57,522 bases of DNA from a virus. Its lineage: Duplodnaviria > Caudoviricetes. Where the stretch lies: IMG/VR virus record IMGVR_UViG_3300034075_000013, positions 1 to 57,522 of that record; one strand, 5' to 3'. Made by a program: the position numbers and the translations under genes. The notes beneath the pieces are model-generated. The model saw nothing but the letters and a program-made list of their open reading frames with translations. It made no database searches and was not told the DNA's origin. Within the stretch, counting starts at the first letter, position 1. Every line of letters begins with the position of its first letter. Of the stretch, positions 38,065 to 45,204 are shown piece after piece.

Positions 38065-39390
38065 CTACCCCATCCAACCGCCACGCGGCGGGGGAGTTTC
38101 AGGACGGGGCTTCTTGACCTTCGGCTCTTCGTAGGCCACGCACATAAGCCCGAAAGCGTCAGCGCCGTGACTCGACCAGTCGTGATCTGGCCCAAGGCCG
38201 ATGTTTCGCGCCTCGTCCTTCTTTTCGTGATACCAGCCCAGCGCATCTAGTCCGGGCTCCGTCGATTCTTTGTTGAACCACATCGACGGGAACAGCCGGC
38301 GTCCAGCCTCAATGCGCGCCTTGGCCGCGCCCTTGCCCTGGTTCTTGATGACCTCTACCGGGAAGCCTGCGGCCTTAAAGCCGCTCTCGAAACTCGCGTC
38401 ATGAATCCGGTCGTTTGTCTCGCCGTCATGCGGAAGCCAGATGCTCGCCTTGCTGTATCCGTGATCGCGCAGCCATTGAATATGAGTTCCCAGCGGCTGG
38501 CCCTGCGCCTCGTAGTAGTCAAGAACCCGAATTTCCTTGCCGATGAACTGGGCTATCCAGATCGCAAAGGCGTCTGCCTTGGCCCCAGTGCCGCCAAGGT
38601 CGCAAAAGGCCCGGAGCGTCATCAACGGGTCGGCCGCCACCCGCCCAATCCTGCCCTGCGCCTTCGCCAGCGCTATCGACGTGGCGTAGTACGCGCCCTC
38701 TAGGACCGTGGCGTACCCACCTTCCCAGATGTGGTCGTACTGCTCCGGCTGCTGCCGCAGGCAGTCAAGGCGCTCTTGTTCGAGCACTTCAGGAAACCAC
38801 GGGTTATCGCGCCAATTCGCGCTCACTACTACTGCGCCCGTGGGCAACTCCTTGCCGCGCAGCATGGCGTCAACAGCATCAGTCTTGCGGCGCGGGTTCC
38901 AGTCAAACCACAGCTCGGAAGCGAGCCCCCTGCCCTTGTCCTCCCAGCGGATCGTCGGGCGAAGCAGCGACAAGGACCTGGCCGAAAGGCTCTGCGCCTC
39001 AGCTACCCACGCCCGGTGATAGCCCTCCAGCGACTTGATCGACTCGGCGTTGTGGTCCTGCATCCCCTGAAACGAGATAAGCCCGTCTTTCGGGGTCTGG
39101 ATAACCTCGTTGAAGACCTTGAACCCATCAGCCTCGGTGAGCCCGAACGCCTGTAGTTTGTCCTCAAGCAACCGCTTACTCGACTCCTTGAGCGTCTTTT
39201 GAACCTCGCGGATGCCGACAGACCTCAGCCCTACCCCAGCCTCGCCGGGGAACGCCAGCGCGTCCTCAATCAGCCTTTCCGCGAAGAAGTGCGACTTTCC
39301 GGAGCCGCGCCCGCCGTGCGCTCCCTTGTAGCGGGCAGGCGCCAGCAGCGGCACGAAGACTTCGGCCGTTGGTATCCGAAGCGCGGTCAT
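38065..39390 (-). CDS. terL: Terminase large subunit
   Basis: GGRGSGKS Walker A, WNPR, CDLG, HGADAF nuclease motif. Confidence 0.92.
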   Translation of the reverse strand: MTALRIPTAEVFVPLLAPARYKGAHGGRGSGKSHFFAERLIEDALAFPGEAGVGLRSVGIREVQKTLKESSKRLLEDKLQAFGLTEADGFKVFNEVIQTPKDGLISFQGMQDHNAESIKSLEGYHRAWVAEAQSLSARSLSLLRPTIRWEDKGRGLASELWFDWNPRRKTDAVDAMLRGKELPTGAVVVSANWRDNPWFPEVLEQERLDCLRQQPEQYDHIWEGGYATVLEGAYYATSIALAKAQGRIGRVAADPLMTLRAFCDLGGTGAKADAFAIWIAQFIGKEIRVLDYYEAQGQPLGTHIQWLRDHGYSKASIWLPHDGETNDRIHDASFESGFKAAGFPVEVIKNQGKGAAKARIEAGRRLFPSMWFNKESTEPGLDALGWYHEKKDEARNIGLGPDHDWSSHGADAFGLMCVAYEEPKVKKPRPETPPPRGGWMG

Positions 39391-39851
39391 TCCGGCTTGA
39401 CGATGACGCGCTCAATCTTGGTGTACTGAAGCGGCCCCCCGTCAGGACCAGTCAGCTCCATGTCCTGCTTATCCCGCCACAGTTTGGGCTGTCGGTTGCG
39501 CAGCCACAGGCTCGCAGCAGGCGTATCCGGCGGGTAGTGCTTGGTCAGTGGCGTCTGCACGATTACGTGGTCAACAACGCGGATGTCAACCTCAGGATGG
39601 CTGTACCCTTTGGCTCGGTGGAACAGCGATTCAGCGATTTCCGCGTCCGCAATTTCTTTGCCTCGCGTGATGGACTCAAGAAAGTGAGGATGCGCTGACT
39701 TCCATGCGTTGACGGTTTGCTCGCTCACTCCGAAGAAATCGGCTAGCTTCTTGTCTGTCGCGCCTAGCAGGCACAGCTTGTAGGCTTGTTCGGCATACTC
39801 TTCGCTGTACGAGGTTGGCCGCCCCATCTTGCTTTCGGCGGTCTTGGTCAT
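39387..39851 (-). CDS. terS: Terminase small subunit
   Basis: GRPTSY..., HTH, HYPPDTPAASLWLRNRQPKLWRDK. Confidence 0.88.
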   Translation of the reverse strand: MTKTAESKMGRPTSYSEEYAEQAYKLCLLGATDKKLADFFGVSEQTVNAWKSAHPHFLESITRGKEIADAEIAESLFHRAKGYSHPEVDIRVVDHVIVQTPLTKHYPPDTPAASLWLRNRQPKLWRDKQDMELTGPDGGPLQYTKIERVIVKPE

Positions 39852-39887
39852 AGTGCGATTCCTCTAGGGTTGTTCGCGGGGAGAGGA

Positions 39888-40355
39888 TTAGCGAGGCTCG
39901 ATGGCGTACAGGGCTGCGAGGGTGATGGCGTAGCTCTCGGCATTCCCTGCAGGGGTGTAGCCGGCGGTCGTGCTGATGTAGCCGTACAGCCCTTCGGGGC
40001 CGCTCTTGATATGCTTGTTGTTCTGGTCCGTCTCTACGGAGAGGGTTGAGCCCTTGTCCGCTACCGATCCGAGGGGAATTGAGCAAATCCAACCAGCCCG
40101 ATCCCCTGCCGGAATGTCGAATGCGGCGTTGTCGGCCAGGGCAGACGGGGGTTTCCGGTCGTACAGGTTCAGTGTCATGCTGGTCACTGCACTCCCTGGA
40201 TTGGTCGCCACGTAGTAGTCGAGCTTCGTGGAGGTCAGGATCAACTCGGTATTGGCCGGAATCTGCTTGAAGTGCAGCGTTCCACCGACTACGTCGTCGG
40301 CGGTGTACGGGGTTGCGTTCAGACCGGCGGTGAATTCGACCTTGGCTACTGGCAT
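39888..40355 (-). CDS. Hypothetical beta-rich (possibly virion) protein
   Basis: GGAGG RBS; TPYTADDVVGG motif. Confidence 0.7.
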   Translation of the reverse strand: MPVAKVEFTAGLNATPYTADDVVGGTLHFKQIPANTELILTSTKLDYYVATNPGSAVTSMTLNLYDRKPPSALADNAAFDIPAGDRAGWICSIPLGSVADKGSTLSVETDQNNKHIKSGPEGLYGYISTTAGYTPAGNAESYAITLAALYAIEPR

Positions 40356-40377
40356 GGTGTATGCCTCCAGAAATGAG

Positions 40378-40398
40378 AAACCGCCTCTAGGGCGGTCT
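40378..40398 (-). terminator. Terminator-like hairpin closing the RNA island
   Basis: GACCGCCC-TAG-AGGCGGTTTC. Confidence 0.5.
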
Positions 40399-40409
40399 CT
40401 GTGGGGGTG

Positions 40410-40660
40410 TAGGAGCGTCCATCGGGCTTACCCTTTCGGGCTGGACGCTTGCCGTTCGCCCCGCGCCTGGTGACGGTGGGGCAGTCGCTGAAAGGGAAGT
40501 CGGAATTTGCCCGTTCCGACAAGGGCCAGGCTCCCCTTCATGCCGGGGTGCTGCTAAATAGGCTGGGCAGGACGATTGCGTTTGCGAAGGTGATCGAGCT
40601 GGTATGCCCTCTAGCCGGGCTAGCTCCCTGTTTGCTGCTTTGCTCTCGCTGCCCATGCGG
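40410..40660 (-). ncRNA. Putative structured ncRNA tract (hairpins plus pseudoknot)
   Basis: Consecutive long helices, GAAA tetraloop on minus strand, GCCC/GGGC pseudoknot. Confidence 0.5.
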
Positions 40661-40684
40661 GGGATGCGCCGTGGCGCGTGTCTG

Positions 40685-40822
40685 TTAGGCGTCGGCGCGG
40701 GATAGACCGAAGCGCAGCATCAACCACGCCTTGACCCATTCCAGCGGCGGCGCCGCGTCGTCAATCGCCATGAAGCAGATCGCAGCCTCGGTCTGCTTGA
40801 TTTGCCGAGCACGTTCTGTCAT
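40685..40822 (-). CDS. Small protein (45 aa)
   Basis: AAGGA RBS, MTERARQIKQTEAAICF... Confidence 0.5.
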   Translation of the reverse strand: MTERARQIKQTEAAICFMAIDDAAPPLEWVKAWLMLRFGLSRADA

Positions 40823-40837
40823 GGCGGTCCTTAATGT

Positions 40838-40898
40838 GCTGGGCAAGCGCTCCATGGTGCTACGTGAGCGATGGAGAGTGGTTGAGCGCTGCCCATGC
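40838..40898 (-). ncRNA. Small hairpin RNA paralogous to 40562-40658
   Basis: Same GCATGGGCAG...TGCCCAGC basal stem. Confidence 0.45.
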
Positions 40899-40933
40899 GG
40901 GGTTTAGAACTGAGGTTTTCTCGGTTCTATGTC

Positions 40934-41012
40934 TGGTGTCGGCGGCGGGTCTTGAAGCCGCTCTGCCGCGTTTACTGATGTTCGCGGTCCTCTTCCTGTT
41001 GAGGACGCCGAC
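40934..41012 (-). tRNA. tRNA-like RNA with 12-nt anticodon loop
   Basis: GTCGGCG/CGCCGAC acceptor plus ACCA, D-, anticodon- and T-like arms. Confidence 0.65.
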
Positions 41013-41020
41013 GGGTACTC

Positions 41021-41359
41021 TTAGAGCGATTGCCGGATGCGGCTGAATACGCGATAGGTCGTGCCGTCAGCCCCCATCTCCGCGAGGCGGTTCGCCACAT
41101 CCCGCTCGTCATAGGCGTAGTAAACCTTTGCCATCACTTCGCCAATCGTGTCCTGCACGACGACGTATTCACGCGGCGCGGCTTTCTCGGCCAACGCCTC
41201 CGCGACGATTTCCGCGTAGCCCTCGCTGTCGAACTCGCCCAACGTTTCGAGCTGTCGCTTGTACGCGGGCGGCTCGTCAAGGGCGGAAGTCCGTTCCTCC
41301 GAAAATCGCGTGACAACGTGACGGATCACCGGGCGCACCCGGATTTCTACTTGCTTCAT
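41021..41359 (-). CDS. Hypothetical protein
   Basis: Coding-like ORF. Confidence 0.6.
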   Translation of the reverse strand: MKQVEIRVRPVIRHVVTRFSEERTSALDEPPAYKRQLETLGEFDSEGYAEIVAEALAEKAAPREYVVVQDTIGEVMAKVYYAYDERDVANRLAEMGADGTTYRVFSRIRQSL

Positions 41360-41507
41360 TTGGAGCCTTTCGCTGTCCCCGCAGGGACATTCCGGCTAAA
41401 GGATCGCCATCCATCCGGGCCGGGGCCAGGTAGCGGCGACTTGGGCTGAGTGCCCTTGTTTGGTTAGGGCATTGCCTCGTAAGGCGACGCGCCCAAGCTT
41501 TCGATGG

Positions 41508-41678
41508 TCAGCAAGTGACCTTGTTGTAGTCGGGAATCGGGTTATGCACCCACTGAGGCGGCCACTGGCGGGGCCAATCCACTTGATGAACCGCGACACT
41601 GCGTGGTGCCGCCTCTAGCTTGGCTAGCCGCTCACGAAGTTCGTTCACTTCCTTGCGTAGTTGCTCTAGCTCGGTCAT
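41508..41678 (-). CDS. Small coiled-coil protein (56 aa)
   Basis: MTELEQLRKEVNELRERLAKLEAAP... Confidence 0.55.
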   Translation of the reverse strand: MTELEQLRKEVNELRERLAKLEAAPRSVAVHQVDWPRQWPPQWVHNPIPDYNKVTC

Positions 41679-41680
41679 GG

Positions 41681-41923
41681 TCACTTGCCGTCCGGCCGCT
41701 TGTCCAAACCGCGCTCCGCGAGCAAGGCCGCCAAGTCGTCAACGTGCAGGCAGTCCACCATGCAGGCATAGCTGTTTGGCGCCTGAATGGGCGCGATATA
41801 GCCATTGCAATAGTCGTTCCCCGGTGTGGCGCTGTGCAGCACGCCATAGGCCACAACATCACCGCCGTTCAGCATGACAATCTTGTCGCCGTTGTGTGCC
41901 TCGCGGCCGTTCCTGTAGTGCAT
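41681..41923 (-). CDS. Hypothetical protein
   Basis: AAAGG RBS; MHYRNGREAHNGD... Confidence 0.7.
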   Translation of the reverse strand: MHYRNGREAHNGDKIVMLNGGDVVAYGVLHSATPGNDYCNGYIAPIQAPNSYACMVDCLHVDDLAALLAERGLDKRPDGK

Positions 41924-41948
41924 GGTTTACCTTTCGGTTGGTTGTGTC

Positions 41949-42022
41949 TGGCGTCCGCAGCGGGGCTCTCACCCGCATTCCGCCCCTTTTGTGATGAGCG
42001 GTCCTGGTTGGATGATGCGGAC
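41949..42022 (-). tRNA. tRNA-like RNA with 10-nt anticodon loop
   Basis: GTCCGCA/TGCGGAC acceptor plus GCCA; T arm GCGGG-TGAGAGC-CCCGC. Confidence 0.6.
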
Positions 42023-42103
42023 AGGGATTAGGTGACTAAGCCAGCCATGCCTCATACACCGGACTAATGGCCTGCTTGTGACTGGGATATGAGCTAGAAC
42101 GAC

Positions 42104-42126
42104 AAAGCCCGCGCTTGGCGGGCCTT
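42104..42126 (-). terminator. Terminator-like hairpin after the tRNA cluster
   Basis: GGCCCGC-CAAGC-GCGGGCTTT. Confidence 0.55.
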
Positions 42127-42134
42127 GGGGGTGT

Positions 42135-42210
42135 TGGTTGCGGACCCCGGTATCGCGCCGGGTATCTTCGGGTTATGAGCCCAACGGGTTAACTTTCTCC
42201 CTCGTCCGCT
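42135..42210 (-). tRNA. tRNA-Met(CAU), initiator-like, atypical D/T loops
   Basis: 1:72 mismatch, GGG/CCC anticodon stem, CTCATAA loop, ACCA end. Confidence 0.8.
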
Positions 42211-42215
42211 GTATC

Positions 42216-42657
42216 TGTCGCCCCATGCACGGAATCGAACCTGCGACCTACCGCTTACGCGACGAGTCGCCGGAATAGTCTACCGCTGCCCTTGTTCTTC
42301 GCTTTGTAGGTCGGCGTCTGCGCACGGCAGTTCGGGCAAATCACGCGCAGGTTAGGGCGGGTGTTGTTCTTGTGGTCGCCATCGATGTGGTCAAGCTCCA
42401 ATGGGATTGACGAGCCTCGCCATTCGGCAAGCTCACAAATCCAACAAAACCACCCGCGCTCGCCAATGAGAATCTTCCGGCGAGTGGCGTCGGTCTTGGC
42501 GTTATCCAGATCGGCAACGACATGAAGATGGCGCCCTGCGGCAATGCAGCCGGGGCAATACTTCGTCGCTCCGTTCCGGCCAAGCCATTCGCCACAGTCG
42601 CAAAACCTGGATCGTCTGTTCATTAAGGCGGGTGCTCTGCCACTGAGCTAAAGGGGC
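42216..42657 (-). tRNA. tRNA-Thr(UGU) interrupted in the anticodon by a 366-nt HNH insert (halves 42625-42657 and 42216-42258)
   Basis: 5' half GCCCCTTTAGCTCAGTGGCAGAGCACCCGCCTT plus 3' half GTAAGCGGTAGGTCGCAGGTTCGATTCC... rejoin as loop CTTGTAA. Confidence 0.85.
42255..42623 (-). CDS. HNH endonuclease inside tRNA-Thr
   Basis: CWIC...LELDHIDGDHKNNTRPNLRVICPNC. Confidence 0.88.
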   Translation of the reverse strand: MNRRSRFCDCGEWLGRNGATKYCPGCIAAGRHLHVVADLDNAKTDATRRKILIGERGWFCWICELAEWRGSSIPLELDHIDGDHKNNTRPNLRVICPNCRAQTPTYKAKNKGSGRLFRRLVA

Positions 42658-42662
42658 GTATC

Positions 42663-42739
42663 TGGCTCCAGGGGCTGGGATCGAACCAGCGACCACCTGC
42701 TTAACAGGCAGGCGCTACTACCAACTGAGCTACCCCGGA
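42663..42739 (-). tRNA. tRNA-Asn(GUU)
   Basis: Canonical cloverleaf, CTGTTAA loop, GGTTCGATCCC T arm, GCCA end. Confidence 0.92.
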
Positions 42740-42744
42740 ATGTC

Positions 42745-42816
42745 TGGTGGACCACTTCGGTATCGAACCGAACAAGGATGGCTTGCAGGGCCTTCCTGCG
42801 CCCCTGCGCGCAGCCC
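42745..42816 (-). tRNA. Atypical tRNA (Ala UGC-like, G3:U70)
   Basis: GGGCTGC/GTGGTCC acceptor plus ACCA, T arm TTCGG-TTCGATA-CCGAA, minimal D arm, extended anticodon stem. Confidence 0.6.
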
Positions 42817-42822
42817 GTTATC

Positions 42823-43400
42823 GTTTTTGCCCTGCCTGCCGGTCGCTACCCGGCACCAGCTTTTGCGTGTCCGCTCGCGCATTCCTGCGGCTGGCCGCTT
42901 CGTCGGGGCTTCTTGGCTGGGCAAACGGCTGACGGCTTCCCTCTCTCTGGAGGGTAGCGCGGCGGCTAGTCACTTCCGCCCCGCCGACCGAGCTGACTAG
43001 GCCCGGCAAGCCATCATGCGTTTGCCGCCTCACCGACTGAGGCGAAATAGTTTTGCTCTGCTGGCCCCGGACTAGATGGCGTCTCCCAACGGGCTGCTTT
43101 CAACGCCGCAGACAGAGCAAAGGTTCCTGCGACTGGGTTTGCCTGCTACACAGATGCTTAGCGGCGGTCTCCGTTCCAGCCGTCCCAATCGCAGAACCTT
43201 TACCCTCTCACAAACCGTCGGCGCGCACTTGTCCTTCTAGCGGCTTCCGGCACTCACAACAAGCACCGCGACAGTTCTGATTTTCCTCGCCGGTCTTTCT
43301 CCGGGCTGGGGATTGCGGTCCCGTTTTCTAGAGGCACCTATCCCACGAAGGGTGGCGCCGTGTTGTTGTGCCGAGAACACCTCGGCTTTGTAGGCTCCAG
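42823..43400 (-). ncRNA. Putative large multi-domain structured ncRNA or string of small RNAs
   Basis: ~580 nt without a credible ORF; serial long-range helices. Confidence 0.5.
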
Positions 43401-43402
43401 CC

Positions 43403-43432
43403 TTTTTACCACAGGCTGATCCAGTATGTCAA
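43403..43432 (-). promoter_or_regulatory. Possible sigma70 promoter for the RNA tract
   Basis: Perfect TTGACA, 18-nt spacer, weak TGnTAAAAA -10. Confidence 0.35.
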
Positions 43433-43629
43433 GCGCCGTTCGTCGGTTTTTTGCGGTATTTTTTCACCGCAATGCGAAGGCCAGCGGACAGGTTCCCTTC
43501 CCCGATCCCGCTGGCCTTTTCTACCGTCTCGTCATCCAACATCACGTTGACTCGCCTCATGGGCTCGTCGTTGATGGGAGGTCGGCCCGGCTTACTCCCC
43601 TTGCTTCTCGAACTCTTGGAGGTAGTCAA
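43429..43629 (-). CDS. Small ribbon-helix-helix DNA-binding protein
   Basis: GRPP...RRVNVMLDDETVEKA...NLSAGLR. Confidence 0.6.
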   Translation of the reverse strand: MTTSKSSRSKGSKPGRPPINDEPMRRVNVMLDDETVEKASGIGEGNLSAGLRIAVKKYRKKPTNGA

Positions 43630-44905
43630 TGCACGCCTCCGACCAGCCGTCGATATGGTTCCACTGGCCGTAGCCTACGCCATTCTTGTATGCGGCCACG
43701 TTGATGACGTAGCCTGCGCCATTCGGGGACGGTGCGCGGTCGGCGCTCTGTTCGTCGGTCAGGACAACCAGCCGGCCATAGGCGCGCTCGCGGTTGATGG
43801 CTTCCACGGCCTTACCGAGATACGTCCCGCCGTGCTGCTGGCTCTTGTCGATGGCATCCCGCAGGGCAAAGCCACGACGCGGCGGCACCTGAACGACGGC
43901 ATTGGAAAACGTGAACACCTCGACCGACTCGCACAACTCGCGCAGCAGGATAGCCACTCCGCAGGCCGCATCCAGCCGCGTGATGTCCGACTTGCCGGAC
44001 ACGGCTGAATTCATGGAGCCCGACACATCCAGCAGGACGGCGGTCTTGCCGGACAGCTTTTCTCGGCCCTCGCAGGCGCGCAGCATCATCGGCTCCAGAA
44101 TGTGTTCCCAAGCCGGGACGGCGCGGGCGGCAGCAATGAACCGGAACGGCAGAACACGGGCGATATCGACCGCCGAGGCGTAACCGACAACCAAATCCTC
44201 CGACACCCCAGCCTCGCGCATGTTCCGCAGGTTGCGCAGAAACGCCAGCGCCCCGAGCTGGCCCTCAGACATCAGGCGCTCGAACGTCGCCTTTTTGTCA
44301 GCACCACCAGACAAGGCAACCTCCCACGTATCCGGGGTCTGGAGCTTGCCGTCGATCAGGCGCTTCCACAGCGCGTCCTGTTCGGCGTCTTTCGGCTTGG
44401 CGTGGCACAGGAACAGCACGTCGCGCAGCTTCACCGCTCCGTCGCGGTTGTACTTGGCAAGCGCGTACTCCCCGAACTTGCCGAAGGCGGCGGCAAGGCC
44501 GGTCTTGACCTGCTTGGACAGCGGTTTCTTGCCGTCCTGCCAGTAGATCGCCACGAACTCCGCCAATTCGTCGGCGCGCTGGATCACGTCCGGCAGAAGT
44601 TTCCCCACCAACAGGCGATGCTCCGGCAGGCGAGCCATTTCCCGCGCCAGCAGCATCGGGGCGTGGCGCAGTTTCATCTTGGTACGCGCCTCGAACGCGC
44701 AGGCGGCGACGAACTCCGGGCGGCACTTCGGCACCAGCGCCTTGATACGATCCTCGATGGATGCGCCGGACTCGTAGAAGTTCGATTCCCAAAGCAAGCA
44801 TGCGGCGACGGTACGGCGAAGCTCCTGCTCCGGCGTGATGCGGGCCGCAACTGCGCCCTCCGCAGTGACCGGAGCCGGGTACTTGATCGCCAGATTGGTT
44901 CGCAT
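43592..44905 (-). CDS. rsr: Ro60/TROVE-domain RNA-binding protein (Rsr) with vWA domain
   Basis: IQRADELAEF, FGEYALAKY, LRDVLFLCHAKP, TWEVALS, LRNLRN, LPFRFIAA, MIDAS DVSGSM, LTDEQ. Confidence 0.93.
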   Translation of the reverse strand: MRTNLAIKYPAPVTAEGAVAARITPEQELRRTVAACLLWESNFYESGASIEDRIKALVPKCRPEFVAACAFEARTKMKLRHAPMLLAREMARLPEHRLLVGKLLPDVIQRADELAEFVAIYWQDGKKPLSKQVKTGLAAAFGKFGEYALAKYNRDGAVKLRDVLFLCHAKPKDAEQDALWKRLIDGKLQTPDTWEVALSGGADKKATFERLMSEGQLGALAFLRNLRNMREAGVSEDLVVGYASAVDIARVLPFRFIAAARAVPAWEHILEPMMLRACEGREKLSGKTAVLLDVSGSMNSAVSGKSDITRLDAACGVAILLRELCESVEVFTFSNAVVQVPPRRGFALRDAIDKSQQHGGTYLGKAVEAINRERAYGRLVVLTDEQSADRAPSPNGAGYVINVAAYKNGVGYGQWNHIDGWSEACIDYLQEFEKQGE

Positions 44906-44921
44906 CAGAGCCTCCTATAAA

Positions 44922-45058
44922 TTGCGGGTAACAGACGACGGCGGTCAAACCCTTGCGGGCCATTGCCCTACCAGTTGGGCGACCTGAGTACCTTGCGGCG
45001 CTCAGGACCGGACTCGAACCGGTAACACATGAAGTAACCGCTACCTACAACACCGCAA
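44922..45058 (-). ncRNA. yrlA: Y RNA (YrlA-type, permuted tRNA-like domain), copy 4
   Basis: T arm ACCGG-TTCGAGT-CCGGT, GCAA-capped acceptor-like stem, D arm GCCC-AACTGGTA-GGGC, closing stem; adjacent to rsr. Confidence 0.85.
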
Positions 45059-45064
45059 ACCTGA

Positions 45065-45129
45065 TGGCGGGAACAAACGATTGCAGGAGGTTATCTTCAG
45101 AGGATGAACCTGCGACCTACGCCACGCCA
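45065..45129 (-). ncRNA. Minimal Y RNA (closing stem only), copy 3
   Basis: Same GTG-GCGTAG-[8 bp]-TTCATC...[8 bp]-CGTTTGTT-CCC architecture. Confidence 0.75.
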
Positions 45130-45204
45130 AACTATAAGCGGGGAACAAGCAGCATCACGGATTTTGGCTATCCGGATTAGTGTGTGGAACAGGGGTCATG
45201 GCGT

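Noticed and set aside
40387-40656. 89-aa ORF over the structured tract
   Set aside because: No RBS, low-complexity translation, overlaps strong RNA helices; likely spurious
41440-41497. Hammerhead ribozyme
   Set aside because: Three-way junction lacks the CUGANGA and GAAA core nucleotides
41600-41680. Another tRNA-like element ending GCGGCACCA
   Set aside because: No matching 5' acceptor strand; the region is better explained by a 56-aa coiled-coil ORF
42259-42624. Group I intron in tRNA-Thr
   Set aside because: The insert is entirely ORF, does not end in G, and shows no recognisable P7/catalytic core
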